Counted from the stretch's first letter, positions 1 to 8,856 are shown. The stretch: DNA of 64,000 nucleotides from an uncultured delta proteobacterium (GCA_963706575.1 CAVPNL010000004.1:352001-416000), one strand, 5' to 3'. Notes: generated by a model from the sequence alone, not told the origin. Numbers and translations: made by a program.

Positions 1-382
1 ATTGCCATTTTGCCGCAGATGTAATTGATGAAGGGGTTCGAATTAGGTCTAATGAGGCTGATTCATTGTAAAGGGTGCCCCCTCCAATGTTTGGTCCCGG
101 ATTCCATCTCAACCTTGACCCAACATTAGTATCTAAAGCTGCAAAAACATCTGCATCATTCGTATATCCATCACCAGAAATTTTCATGTTTGACCAAATT
201 AAAGTTTCTCGGACATTTAGTTCTTTCACCGCTGTGGTTAATATCCTCTTGCTTGCAGTGGCGGTCAAATTATCATATTTTCTAATAGCTATAGAGCCGA
301 TCACACCCAGTATTATCATGATTGAGATTAGTTCAATTAGGGTGAAGCCTTTTTGATTTCGTATGGAGCGCTTCCTTTGCAC
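1..382 (-). CDS. Prepilin-type N-terminal cleavage/methylation domain protein (type IV pilin-like); stop codon at or just beyond the window edge
   Basis: Not in the ORF track. Manual translation from GTG at 382 gives MQRKRSIRNQKG|FTLIELISIMIILGVIGSIAI..., a class III signal peptide (G-1, F+1, E+5). The frame is open to position 2 (...SAAKWQ). Confidence 0.9.
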   Translation of the reverse strand, partial: MQRKRSIRNQKGFTLIELISIMIILGVIGSIAIRKYDNLTATASKRILTTAVKELNVRETLIWSNMKISGDGYTNDADVFAALDTNVGSRLRWNPGPNIGGGTLYNESASLDLIRTPSSITSAAKWQ

Positions 383-472
383 CTGTATTCCCAGTTGTGA
401 GTGATAGATTCTTTGTTGCCTCAGAATATAGAACATAAATCAATTATTATCAGCGTGGAGATTTAGAATAAG

Positions 473-658
473 TCATTTGGGGTTAGCACAATTTTGGTCT
501 GATCTCCTTTCAGGAATGTGAATTGTATATGAAAATTTCCTCCTTTCCATTCCTAACCTCAGATCTTCGATTTCACTCCGAAACTCATTTGATTCCCTGT
601 CTTCAAATACTTTGTTAGTTGAGTGCTTTGATTTATTTTTCGATTTCCCTGATGCCAT
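473..658 (-). CDS. Small hypothetical protein (ERRKFSYTIHIPERRS motif)
   Basis: ORF 473..706. The ATG at 658 has an upstream GGAG and is the likelier start. No recognised domain. Confidence 0.5.
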   Translation of the reverse strand: MASGKSKNKSKHSTNKVFEDRESNEFRSEIEDLRLGMERRKFSYTIHIPERRSDQNCANPK

Positions 659-1085
659 TGTAGATCTCCGATTTGGAATATTTTCAAAAATTAAACACAT
701 ATCCAAAAAGTAATATATTTGGATTTAACAGAAAGATTTAGAAAGAAGATATTCTACCTAAGAAAAGTATTTTATCATGTCAAGAAGAATATTCAACAAT
801 TAAAATATGTTATGTAATTTGCTGCACATTTTTATGAAAAAATATACTACTTTGGTATTGATATTTATTATCAAAAATATTTAATTTCGAGAATAATTTG
901 AGGCTTGAGCACTTTGCATTAGGCAATGCTAATGATGGGACTGTAGAGATTTTTATATTGTAAGAGAAGAGAAAAATTTTACACTAAAGGTTTTTTGGAC
1001 AAAGATTTCAAATTTGCTGGTTGCAGATATATTGAGAATATCACCAAAACAGGGAAGTTGTGATATCATCATTCCTTGTGCCAGA

Positions 1086-1850
1086 TTAAAAGTTTCGTTC
1101 TTGCCTTATTTTTTCATAACTTTCCTGAATTTCACGGAAGCGGTCTGAGGCAAATTCGATAAATTCTTCCGGAAGTCCTTTTGAGATAATGGTATCAGGA
1201 TGAAAGTCTTTTACCAATTTTTTGTAATTGGATTTGATTTCCTCTTTTGTTGACTCAGGCGTACAGTTGAGGATCTTATAATGTTTATCAAGGCCTTTGA
1301 AATAAACCGCTTTTACATCTTCATATTGTTTATCACTGATGTGAAAAATCTCTTTAATTCTCTTTAAAGCGGTTTCTTCTGCTGAATGTAACGTGCCGTC
1401 GGCCGCAGCAATCCTAAATAGGAGATCAAAATACGTGAGTAGTAGTGTAGGTTGGTTTTTTACCACCTGATACAACTGGATTGCAAAATCATCAATCTGG
1501 TAGGGTGAATTTTTGGCTTCGTTGAACACTTGCCGAGCAAACTGCTTTTCTGTTTCGTCAATAGGCAACCCATTAATAAAATCCTGAACGACTGCAATCT
1601 CATCTTTGGTTACCACACCATCTATTTTGGAAAGCTTGCCCAGGATTGAAAACAAACTGATAAAAAAAGCAGCTTGAGTCTTTTCAGCATACGCAAATTC
1701 CGGTTGCGGTATTGCATGAGCATTCTGCCTTACGAAATCCGTCTTTTTGTCAATCAGGGCATGCCCCAGTGCTGCTCCGGCGATGGCTCCAAGAGGTCCA
1801 CCAAACAGCATTCCCAATGATCCGAATGTTATCTTTCCAAACCAACCCAT
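1086..1850 (-). CDS. djlA: DjlA-like co-chaperone (N-terminal membrane anchor, TerB-like domain, C-terminal J domain)
   Basis: Gly-rich N-terminal hairpin, two TerB-type (A/I)DG motifs, C-terminal J domain with FHPD; AGGAG RBS. Confidence 0.85.
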   Translation of the reverse strand: MGWFGKITFGSLGMLFGGPLGAIAGAALGHALIDKKTDFVRQNAHAIPQPEFAYAEKTQAAFFISLFSILGKLSKIDGVVTKDEIAVVQDFINGLPIDETEKQFARQVFNEAKNSPYQIDDFAIQLYQVVKNQPTLLLTYFDLLFRIAAADGTLHSAEETALKRIKEIFHISDKQYEDVKAVYFKGLDKHYKILNCTPESTKEEIKSNYKKLVKDFHPDTIISKGLPEEFIEFASDRFREIQESYEKIRQERNF

Positions 1851-2467
1851 TGAAATTCTCCTTTATAATAAACAGCTCAGTATATTTTCTGGAATTTATT
1901 AACTGAAAAAAAAATTGTGGTCAAGAACTTGAAATGAAGAATCAAAGAGGTTGATGCTTTGTTGCTTTTTTTGATTACAATATTCATGTTGCAATTAAAT
2001 GAAATATCCTTTGCAGGTTGGTCAATCACAAATCCATTCTTTTCTGGGAATATCATTTTGTAAGATTGTATGCCTACCTGCACCATTCAGTGTACCCATT
2101 AAATCGTTAGATTACAAAATGAGACATGATCAGTTTAACTAATTGATTTAATTACGTTTTATGTCGATTTAATTAAATGAGCCTTTATTTAAGCTGCTGG
2201 AACCAATAACTTTGATGCTTGCCAGAAAATAAGCCTGTTTATAGAGGGTTGCATCGAGAAAAGCTTCATCGGTTTCGGTCTGCGTAAGGGTATTCGGAAA
2301 GGCTGGTGGAGCCGATAGACGCTGAATCCACAATTTTGGTGATTCAAAACCTTTGATATGTTGGAGGTACAACAGGAAAGACTATACAACTATGATATAA
2401 ACTGTAAACTTTCAAAGTGAGCACTCACTTGAAGTGATTCTTGCCCTTGGGGTGTAGCTATTGTCGC

Positions 2468-2569
2468 TTATTTAGGTTTCCACTGGCCAATCTGCTTCAT
2501 AATAATTCTATAAATAACGTATGCAATCCCGACAATGATAACAAAGACCAATAAAGCCTTGAATCCCAT
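2468..2569 (-). CDS. 33-aa single-pass membrane microprotein downstream of the c-di-GMP riboswitch
   Basis: GGGGGA RBS, then ATG at 2569: MGFKALLVFVIIVGIAYVIYRIIMKQIGQWKPK*. Hydrophobic helix with a basic tail. Below the ORF-track cutoff. Confidence 0.7.
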   Translation of the reverse strand: MGFKALLVFVIIVGIAYVIYRIIMKQIGQWKPK

Positions 2570-2627
2570 TTTAGTCCCCCCTAACTGTTGCCTGATCTCA
2601 ATGTTAAGGCTTTACTGCACCATAACC

Positions 2628-2666
2628 AAAAAAGCCGAGCCACCTTGTCTCCCAAGGTAACCCGGC
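2628..2666 (-). terminator. Intrinsic terminator / riboswitch expression platform
   Basis: Minus strand GCCGGGTTACCTTG-GGAGA-CAAGGTGGCTCGGC followed by TTTTTT. Confidence 0.8.
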
Positions 2667-2679
2667 TTCCTGTCCGACA

Positions 2680-2756
2680 ACTAGGCAACCCGGCTATCTC
2701 TTTGAGATCCGTGGCTTTCCGTCCCCTTCTCACAAAGGGTTTGGCTTTATCGTGGG
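2680..2756 (-). ncRNA. Cyclic di-GMP-I (GEMM-I) riboswitch aptamer
   Basis: Minus strand ...CGATAAAGCCAAACCCTTT-GTGA-GAAGGGGACGGAAAGCCACGGATCTCAAAGAGATAGCCGGGTTGCC. It has AAACC, a GNRA loop, GGGACGGAAAG and the P3 AGCCGGGTTGCC, all GEMM-I hallmarks. Confidence 0.9.
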
Positions 2757-2878
2757 GTAATTTGTTTTTTTATAGAGAATTAATTTACAATAATTTCTCT
2801 AATTTTTATATCGGTATTTTTAAAATTAACTTTAGGAAAATTTAATAATTCTCGTTCATTTTATCAACTAGGAATTAT

Positions 2879-3706
2879 TTGCTAACCAAACAATGCTATC
2901 TAACCTCCCCTGAAATTCCGACTGCTATTTCTGAACTAAATGAAGTAATAGCCAATCCACTTTCTTCAGCTCAAGATATCGCGGATGTGGTAAACAATAG
3001 TCCCAGTTTAGCGGCAATCTTGCTAAAAATTGTCAATTCAACAATTTATAGCTGTCCTTCAAGAATCGACAACATATCACAGGCGGTAACATTAATTGGA
3101 ACAAAAGAAATTTATGGGTTAGCCCTTTACACCAGTGTAATCTCAATTTTTAATAAGATTCCAAAAGAAATAATAAATATGAATGCATTTTTAAGGCATA
3201 GTATTGCCTGTAGTATAATTGCCCGGACTTTAGCAACCCATAAGAATTTGCCTCAAATCGAGCAATTATTCGTATCCGGACTGCTGCATGACCTGGGTCG
3301 TGTGCTTCTTTATATCTATTTCCCTGAAGATTCGCTCAATATTTTGAGCTATAGCCGAGAATCAGATAAATTACTTTATGAGGCAGAAAATGAATACTTA
3401 GGCTGTAACCATACTCATTTTGCAAAGTATCTGATGCAAAATTGGAAACTGCCCCTGACATTAGAAAATAATGTCTTTTATCACCACAATCCTTCGGCGG
3501 CTCAGCATTCAATTCCCGCTACTATAGTGCATCTGGCAGACATTATTGCTAACGGATTGGGATTGGGCAGCAGTGGCGAGCGATTTATTCCTCCCCTTGA
3601 TTATAAGGCGTGGGAGGATCTTGGTTTAGCACCTAGCTCTTTTGAAGTTACCGTCAAACAGGCAATTCATCAATTAAATTCTTTTGAAATTACAATATTT
3701 GATTAA
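2879..3706 (+). CDS. HDOD domain-containing signalling protein
   Basis: PSLAAILLKIVNS, ISQAVTLIG, GLLHDLG and W-x-LP...HH motifs. TTG start uncertain. Confidence 0.85.
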   Translation: MLTKQCYLTSPEIPTAISELNEVIANPLSSAQDIADVVNNSPSLAAILLKIVNSTIYSCPSRIDNISQAVTLIGTKEIYGLALYTSVISIFNKIPKEIINMNAFLRHSIACSIIARTLATHKNLPQIEQLFVSGLLHDLGRVLLYIYFPEDSLNILSYSRESDKLLYEAENEYLGCNHTHFAKYLMQNWKLPLTLENNVFYHHNPSAAQHSIPATIVHLADIIANGLGLGSSGERFIPPLDYKAWEDLGLAPSSFEVTVKQAIHQLNSFEITIFD

Positions 3707-3811
3707 GGTAATAATTTCCTAACTGAATAAGAATTCTCTCAATTAAGCCCAGCAGATCAGGAACGATATTTAAGGAATGGATAAAAACACCAATCTACAA
3801 AGATAAAAATT

Positions 3812-4180
3812 ATGGATGTCAAAGCAGCTCAGAGAGAGCTTAAATCATGTGAACAACACCTTGCGGATATTCGAGAAATCATGATCTCAAAGGAAGCCAA
3901 CCTGAATCAATTAAAAGCAAAAAGGATTCAAATTGAGAACAATCTGCCGAGTCTTTTTGAAAAAGTGGCTTTGGGAGAAATTCCTTCCGAACAGCTTGAA
4001 CAAGCAAAGGAGAAACTCAAAGATTTGAAGAGGCAGCTATTTGAAATTCCCATCCTGCTGAAGGGCCTTAAATCAGAGGAACCTCAGTATATTGAAAGGA
4101 TATCGAAGGCGAAACGAATAATTATATCGACAGGGGTAAAAGGCGATGTGAAGAGCTCAAAGAAAATCTGCAAAAGATAA
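3812..4180 (+). CDS. Hypothetical coiled-coil protein
   Basis: 122-aa ORF with heptad-rich composition; no recognised domain. Confidence 0.55.
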   Translation: MDVKAAQRELKSCEQHLADIREIMISKEANLNQLKAKRIQIENNLPSLFEKVALGEIPSEQLEQAKEKLKDLKRQLFEIPILLKGLKSEEPQYIERISKAKRIIISTGVKGDVKSSKKICKR

Positions 4181-4227
4181 GAAATAAGATTTCAGCTGAT
4201 TGCGGCTTTAGGACAATAAAAAGGGTA

Positions 4228-4257
4228 GCCGCGTCCGACTGCATGCGTTTGTTAGAA
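4228..4257 (-). mobile_element. Truncated integron attC site (left arm only)
   Basis: Minus strand TTCTAAC-AAACGCATGCAGTCGGACGCGGC right after the lipoprotein stop. The inverse core TTCTAAC complements the cassette's 5' core GTTAGAA. No matching right arm or GTT core follows. Confidence 0.65.
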
Positions 4258-4263
4258 GAATAG

Positions 4264-4662
4264 CTATTGTTCGACATATATCGCTTTGCCGGTCACAGAC
4301 TTTGCGGTTACGGGAATAGTGTATAAGTATCCAGTTCCGTATCCGCCCACAACATTAGAGTTGTGGGTGCCCGTAGATTCGATTAGCACACCATTTGCTC
4401 CAAGTTTTGCCGCTTGATTTTTGAGTTCTTGTACAGCGTAGTCTACCGAGCCTTGTTCGGTCCAACCTGCGTCACTTGAAGCATTTACTATCCCAATAAT
4501 TTCATAAGATTCTGGGATCTCTAAATACAATTTAACCTGACTAGGGTCTATAGGATCTCTAACTTCACCCACTACAATCGAAGAACCAGTCCCAGTCGCA
4601 CAACCTGCCAAGAATATTATTGTAAAAAGAACAGTATTCTTAAGCGATAAAGTTCGTTGCAT
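4264..4662 (-). CDS. Cassette-borne lipoprotein (YbjQ/DUF4156-like)
   Basis: Lipobox LAGC; YEIIGIV...LKNQAAKLGANGV pattern; AGGAG RBS. Confidence 0.75.
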   Translation of the reverse strand: MQRTLSLKNTVLFTIIFLAGCATGTGSSIVVGEVRDPIDPSQVKLYLEIPESYEIIGIVNASSDAGWTEQGSVDYAVQELKNQAAKLGANGVLIESTGTHNSNVVGGYGTGYLYTIPVTAKSVTGKAIYVEQ

Positions 4663-4683
4663 TGGCTATTACTCCTTTTCTGA

Positions 4684-4744
4684 TTCTAACGACAAAAGCT
4701 AAGCGGCGCCTTTTTTTGGCGTCCGCTTCAGCGACTTGTTAGGT
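4684..4744 (-). mobile_element. Integron attC site (61 bp)
   Basis: Minus strand ACCTAAC-AAGTCGCTGAAGCGGACGCC-AAAAAAA-GGCGCCGCTTAGCTTTTGTC-GTTAGAA: R'' and R' cores, imperfect inverted repeat with extrahelical bases. Confidence 0.85.
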
Positions 4745-4787
4745 GGAAAGCTGTTGCCCCCAGGCTGGGATTCAGGGCCCGCAACTG

Positions 4788-5783
4788 TTACTGGTTGACC
4801 GCCGCCATCCCTTCAGGCGAGTATCGATCCCCGAGCACCTGATCTGCCAATTCATTGAGCGTAGCTCGATTCTCCTCTGTGAGGCGACAGTCAAGTGCCC
4901 CCAGGTTGGTCTGGAGATTGGCGAGCTTGGTCGTGCCTGGAATGGCTACAACATGATCTCCTTGGTCCAACACCCAGGCCAAAGCAACCTGCGCTGCCAC
5001 GCACCCCTTTTGGGCAGCAATCTCCTTGATCGCCTCCACCAGTTTGAGGTTAGACTCGAAATTTCCCGGCTGAAACCGAGGCTGCATCTGGGCCCGGAAA
5101 TCAGTCTCGCTGGTGGGCCGATCGCTGGTTGAGGTGTAGCGGCCGGTCAGCATTCCCCTGCCTAAGGGCGCGTAGGCTACCAAGCTGATGCCAAGCTCTA
5201 CACATGTGGGGAGTATGTCCTTCTCAATATCACGGCTAAATATCGAGTACTCGGTCTGAAGGGCGGCAATGGGATGAACAGCATGTGCCCGCTCAATCGT
5301 CCTGGCTGAAGCCTCTGACAAGCCAACAGCCCCGATCTTGCCCTCTTGAACTAACTTCGCCATCTCACCCACTGTATCCTCGATCTGCGTGGCCGGATCA
5401 ACACGGTGGAGATAATACAGGTCAATCTTTTCGGTACCCAGACGCTTAAGACTCTTTTCACAAGAGTTCCGGACATTGGCCGGAGAGCCGTCCACTCCCA
5501 CGAAGGCGCCCGTGGCCGGGTCACGTTGGGGACCAAACTTGGTCGCCAGAACAATTTGGTCCCAACGTCCGGCGAAAGCCTTACCCAGTAGTTGCTCATT
5601 GCGTCCTTGGCCGTAGATTTCCGCGGTATCAAAATGAGTGATACCCAGATCTACGGCCCGGTGGAGTAGATTGATGGCCTCCGACTCTTGCGTGGGTTCC
5701 CCGTAAAACTCGGAAAGTCCCATACATCCAAGTCCAACGGCCGATACTGAAATCCCTGATTGCCCAAGATTACGTGACAACAT
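4788..5783 (-). CDS. Aldo/keto reductase (cassette-borne)
   Basis: GLGCMG, DTAEIYG, ATKFG, DLYYLHRVD and IPGT motifs. AAGGAGG RBS before ATG 5783. Visibly more GC-rich than the flanks. Confidence 0.92.
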   Translation of the reverse strand: MLSRNLGQSGISVSAVGLGCMGLSEFYGEPTQESEAINLLHRAVDLGITHFDTAEIYGQGRNEQLLGKAFAGRWDQIVLATKFGPQRDPATGAFVGVDGSPANVRNSCEKSLKRLGTEKIDLYYLHRVDPATQIEDTVGEMAKLVQEGKIGAVGLSEASARTIERAHAVHPIAALQTEYSIFSRDIEKDILPTCVELGISLVAYAPLGRGMLTGRYTSTSDRPTSETDFRAQMQPRFQPGNFESNLKLVEAIKEIAAQKGCVAAQVALAWVLDQGDHVVAIPGTTKLANLQTNLGALDCRLTEENRATLNELADQVLGDRYSPEGMAAVNQ

Positions 5784-5835
5784 AACGCCTCCTTTACCTT
5801 TAAATCTATACTTGATCTCTAGTCCCTCATTTAGC

Positions 5836-5872
5836 ACCTAACAGTTATGTTAGATGGAAAATTTTCCATCTA
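5836..5872 (-). mobile_element. Putative attI-like recombination site heading the cassette array
   Basis: Minus strand ...TAGATGGAAAATTTTCCATCTAACATAACT-GTTAGGT. The core GTTAGGT complements the attC inverse core ACCTAAC. Includes a 22-bp perfect palindrome. Confidence 0.5.
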
Positions 5873-6248
5873 TTGTGATAGGTGGATTCAAATTCAAATT
5901 GCACCATATAATTTCATGCCAACCTGAATTTTTACGAATCAGCTTCTCACTTTTCTTTGCCAATTTATTCGCTTTCCAAGCACATTCACTGATATTTATA
6001 TGGTTTTGGTTACCTCTATTTCTGTCCGGATCAGTTACCCCCGCCGCCATAGTCATTATTAATGTTTTTGAACCAGAAGAATGCGTTTCAAAAAAGTCTT
6101 TAAAAACTATATTAAATGCGTTTGCTGCAGTTGACCTATGAACACCCCATCCCCACGATTGAGCATTTTGTACAAATATGATGGTCAATAAAATATTTGT
6201 AACAGCCAAAAATACAAATAGATTAATAATTTTCTTGGCTTTTATCAT
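5850..6248 (-). pseudogene. Secreted Zn-dependent phospholipase C / S1-P1-like protein, probably 3'-truncated
   Basis: Signal peptide then WGWGVH and a PD motif typical of this fold's N-terminus. Only 132 aa, ending inside the att-like palindrome. Confidence 0.45.
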
Positions 6249-6436
6249 TTAAAAATCCCCTATTGGCTTCTAATATCACAGCGAAAAGGAATGTGGTGAG
6301 ATATATTGAGATAAACACAACTATCACAATTTTACAGATATGCAAAAATATCACAACTTCTGGAGGCCAGTCAATTTTGCCGATATGTTGGTATCTGCAA
6401 TCCTGTGAGAAAGATTACATTATCAATTAACAACTT

Positions 6437-7150
6437 TTACCTATGGTCAATTGTAAACGTCTTAGCAAAGAAATTTTCCGCGTTAATCTGAACTGCAAAT
6501 TTATCTAATTCAGGGAATTCTTTCTTTCCATTAACAATTTGAGCTCTCACGGGCCCAAGGCTTAGATGTGGGCGTTCAGCTGTTGTGGTAAGTTTTTTGT
6601 GACGTTTTTTTTGAAGTTTTATCTCATCAATAATACTTTCTATGAATTTTGGTTTTTTTAAGGTTTCTGCCGATTCGTAAGAGCGATATAAATGCTCTAA
6701 TTCTGACAGCCGTTGGTTAGATGCTATAAGATAAAACCTCTCCAGTCCAACAGATTCATCCAATTCAAGCGCGAAGCTACCTTTTGGGATGTAGTATTTT
6801 TTAGACACTTTATAATCTGTCAAAAATTGGCTAAGGTTGTATGGAAACATCATGTATAATTCACCCTTGGAACTATAATAAAAAACGTATACAAAACAAT
6901 TCTGATTTAATTGAATGCGCATCTTTAATAGATCGCCAGATTTTAATTCCGTATCTCGGGTTATTCCAATAAGCTCCTGATTATTCTCAGGCCCGACGAT
7001 GGCGCCGAATGCCCATGAAAAACAGACTTTGCCAGTACATCCTTGTTCAGCTCTTGCATATTCAAGCAGGTAGAAAAGCATAATACAAGCCAATGTGATT
7101 TGAATTAAAATTTTGGATGAACAAAGTCGTTTCATATAATTATTTACCAA
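6437..7150 (-). CDS. DUF4384 domain-containing secreted protein
   Basis: LKSGD...CFVYVFYYSSKGEL..FP...IP...LDESVGLERFYLIAS pattern; signal-like N-terminus. Confidence 0.75.
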   Translation of the reverse strand: MVNNYMKRLCSSKILIQITLACIMLFYLLEYARAEQGCTGKVCFSWAFGAIVGPENNQELIGITRDTELKSGDLLKMRIQLNQNCFVYVFYYSSKGELYMMFPYNLSQFLTDYKVSKKYYIPKGSFALELDESVGLERFYLIASNQRLSELEHLYRSYESAETLKKPKFIESIIDEIKLQKKRHKKLTTTAERPHLSLGPVRAQIVNGKKEFPELDKFAVQINAENFFAKTFTIDHR

Positions 7151-7209
7151 TGCTTAAAGAAGCATATATGGAGGTCGTCTCTACTTCACATTTTTTTTGC
7201 ATTATTTTT

Positions 7210-8358
7210 TTATTCTTGTCGCCTACCTTTTATTAATCCGCGGGCGAAGACATTTTGACCTTCTGCAGTGCCTTCAAAAGATTGACCATCTGAAGAAATT
7301 TGCAATTTAATAAACCATGACTGCGCATCCTCTAATTTTCCCTTGAAATTACTTCCGACAACACTTCCCTCAATTTCATATGCAGAATATTTGGTGGATA
7401 CTACCGTGTTGTCACTTTGCTTTAAAACCCATGTGCCTTGTACAAAGCGGAATCCTTCAACTTTCCATTTTCCGCCCCATGGTTCGACATTGCGTTTATT
7501 ATCATCAGAAATCGAAGCCATTTGAGTTTCAGATGCACTTTCTGGAGGAATTTGTGATTTTTTACCTGCTTCAGATTTAGAGGTGCTTTTATTCGAGTTG
7601 AAATAAAAATCTCCCATCAAGGATGAAGATTCCCACGGGATTTGGCGACCATTGGTCTGTCTGGCCACATCGATTCTAACGCGTTTTAAGACTTGCTCAA
7701 TCAACAAATTGGGCGTCATCATATGTTTAATCAAGTGCTTTGTAAAAATGCCGTTTCTATCAGGGCCATCGGCGGCAACCTCGCCCGGAGCGGTTGAATA
7801 GACAATCAGAGAACCGGCGGGCGCATCCATGCGTGCCAGGCCGCTTTGATCGGATCGAAAAGCTCTGGCGTAAGGATTGTGGCGGCAGGCATCCAGTATC
7901 ACGATATTTAGCCGGTTTTCAGCGTCCTTCATCTTTCCCAGTATCCAGCCGGCATCTACGGCTTCGTATTTGACATCGGCTTCGGATTCAATTTTGGCAT
8001 CAACAGGCATAAGATAATTACGTCCCTCTACCTGGACCCCATGCCCAGCAAAATAAAATAACCCAACACCGCCATTTCTCAGTTGCCGGCCGAAATGGCG
8101 GATGCTGTCTTCCATGGTTCTCTGATCCACATTTTTCTTGAGAATGACTTTAAAGCCTAACTTTTTGAGAGTTGCCGCCATATCCTCGGCATCGTTTATA
8201 GGATTTTTAAGTGGTGCGGTCTGATAGGCGCCGTTGCCGATAACAAGAGCAAGTCGGTCTACTTTCAGTTTGATTCCACGCTCTTGTGCAGCTTGGGCAA
8301 CAGCTGCGCAGAGCAAAAGCAGGGATGAAACAAGGACTGTGAATTTCCTATGTGTCAT
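7210..8358 (-). CDS. Secreted caspase-family (peptidase C14) protein with a C-terminal beta module
   Basis: ALVIGN.AY, FAGHG (His), ILDACR (Cys) and QIPW motifs; signal peptide. Confidence 0.9.
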   Translation of the reverse strand: MTHRKFTVLVSSLLLLCAAVAQAAQERGIKLKVDRLALVIGNGAYQTAPLKNPINDAEDMAATLKKLGFKVILKKNVDQRTMEDSIRHFGRQLRNGGVGLFYFAGHGVQVEGRNYLMPVDAKIESEADVKYEAVDAGWILGKMKDAENRLNIVILDACRHNPYARAFRSDQSGLARMDAPAGSLIVYSTAPGEVAADGPDRNGIFTKHLIKHMMTPNLLIEQVLKRVRIDVARQTNGRQIPWESSSLMGDFYFNSNKSTSKSEAGKKSQIPPESASETQMASISDDNKRNVEPWGGKWKVEGFRFVQGTWVLKQSDNTVVSTKYSAYEIEGSVVGSNFKGKLEDAQSWFIKLQISSDGQSFEGTAEGQNVFARGLIKGRRQE

Positions 8359-8468
8359 TCTAAAGTCCTTTTCATTTACTAATAATGAGGAGGGCGCTTG
8401 TTAAAACCACATTATTTTACCCAATATTTTATGTCAAATCTAATTTCTATGAAGTTTGGATACATTGA

Positions 8469-8576
8469 GAGACTGTCGAAAAAGCCCAAAAGTGGCAATT
8501 TTAGCAATTCCGCATATAATAAAGTCAACAGCTTACAATCACCAAATTTACAAGTTTAGGGTTTTTCGACAGTCTC
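8469..8576. mobile_element. 108-bp MITE (IS5-family, IS1031-like ends)
   Basis: Perfect terminal inverted repeats GAGACTGTCGAAAAA / TTTTTCGACAGTCTC, flanked by TGA on both sides. Confidence 0.85.
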
Positions 8577-8667
8577 TGAGAATATCACCAAACCGGGAGA
8601 TTTGTGATATCATTTTTATTTGGTTGATATGGAAACATTTTTATGGCTTCAAAAATCTTTGATAAGT

Positions 8668-8817
8668 TGGAGCAACCGCGTTCGGAGTCAAGTTTTAATT
8701 TTGCTACCAGAGTGTTTGGTCGCGAAGCATCGCATTTGCGATTATCAGCAATTTACGCATACAGGCGGTGGCCGCCATTTACCGGCAGCAATCAGCCGTT
8801 GATAAAACCCCTTAAAT
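8668..8817 (-). mobile_element. IS110-family transposase 3' remnant with right end
   Basis: Minus strand FKGFYQRLIAAGK / frameshift / MAATACMRKLLIIANAMLRDQTLW*, then TTGACTCCGAACGCGGTTGCT, resembling IS110 right ends. Confidence 0.75.
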
Positions 8818-8856
8818 CGAGGTCGTCTCTACTTCACAATTTTTTTGAATTATATT

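Noticed and set aside
75..356. 93-aa plus-strand ORF
   Set aside because: Antisense to the pilin-like gene.
1877..2389. Short ORFs between djlA and the microprotein
   Set aside because: No RBS or recognisable motifs, and the frames overlap, so they cannot be supported.
2408..2435. Near-palindrome TTCAAAGTGAG-CA-CTCACTTGAA
   Set aside because: It could be a terminator or operator after the microprotein, but it is single-copy with no clear U-tract, so no function can be supported.
2680..2756. 3',3'-cGAMP-sensing GEMM-Ib variant
   Set aside because: The discriminating position is G rather than A by my manual alignment, so c-di-GMP is predicted.
2588..2845. 85-aa plus-strand ORF
   Set aside because: It is the antisense reading of the riboswitch and terminator, with no protein features.
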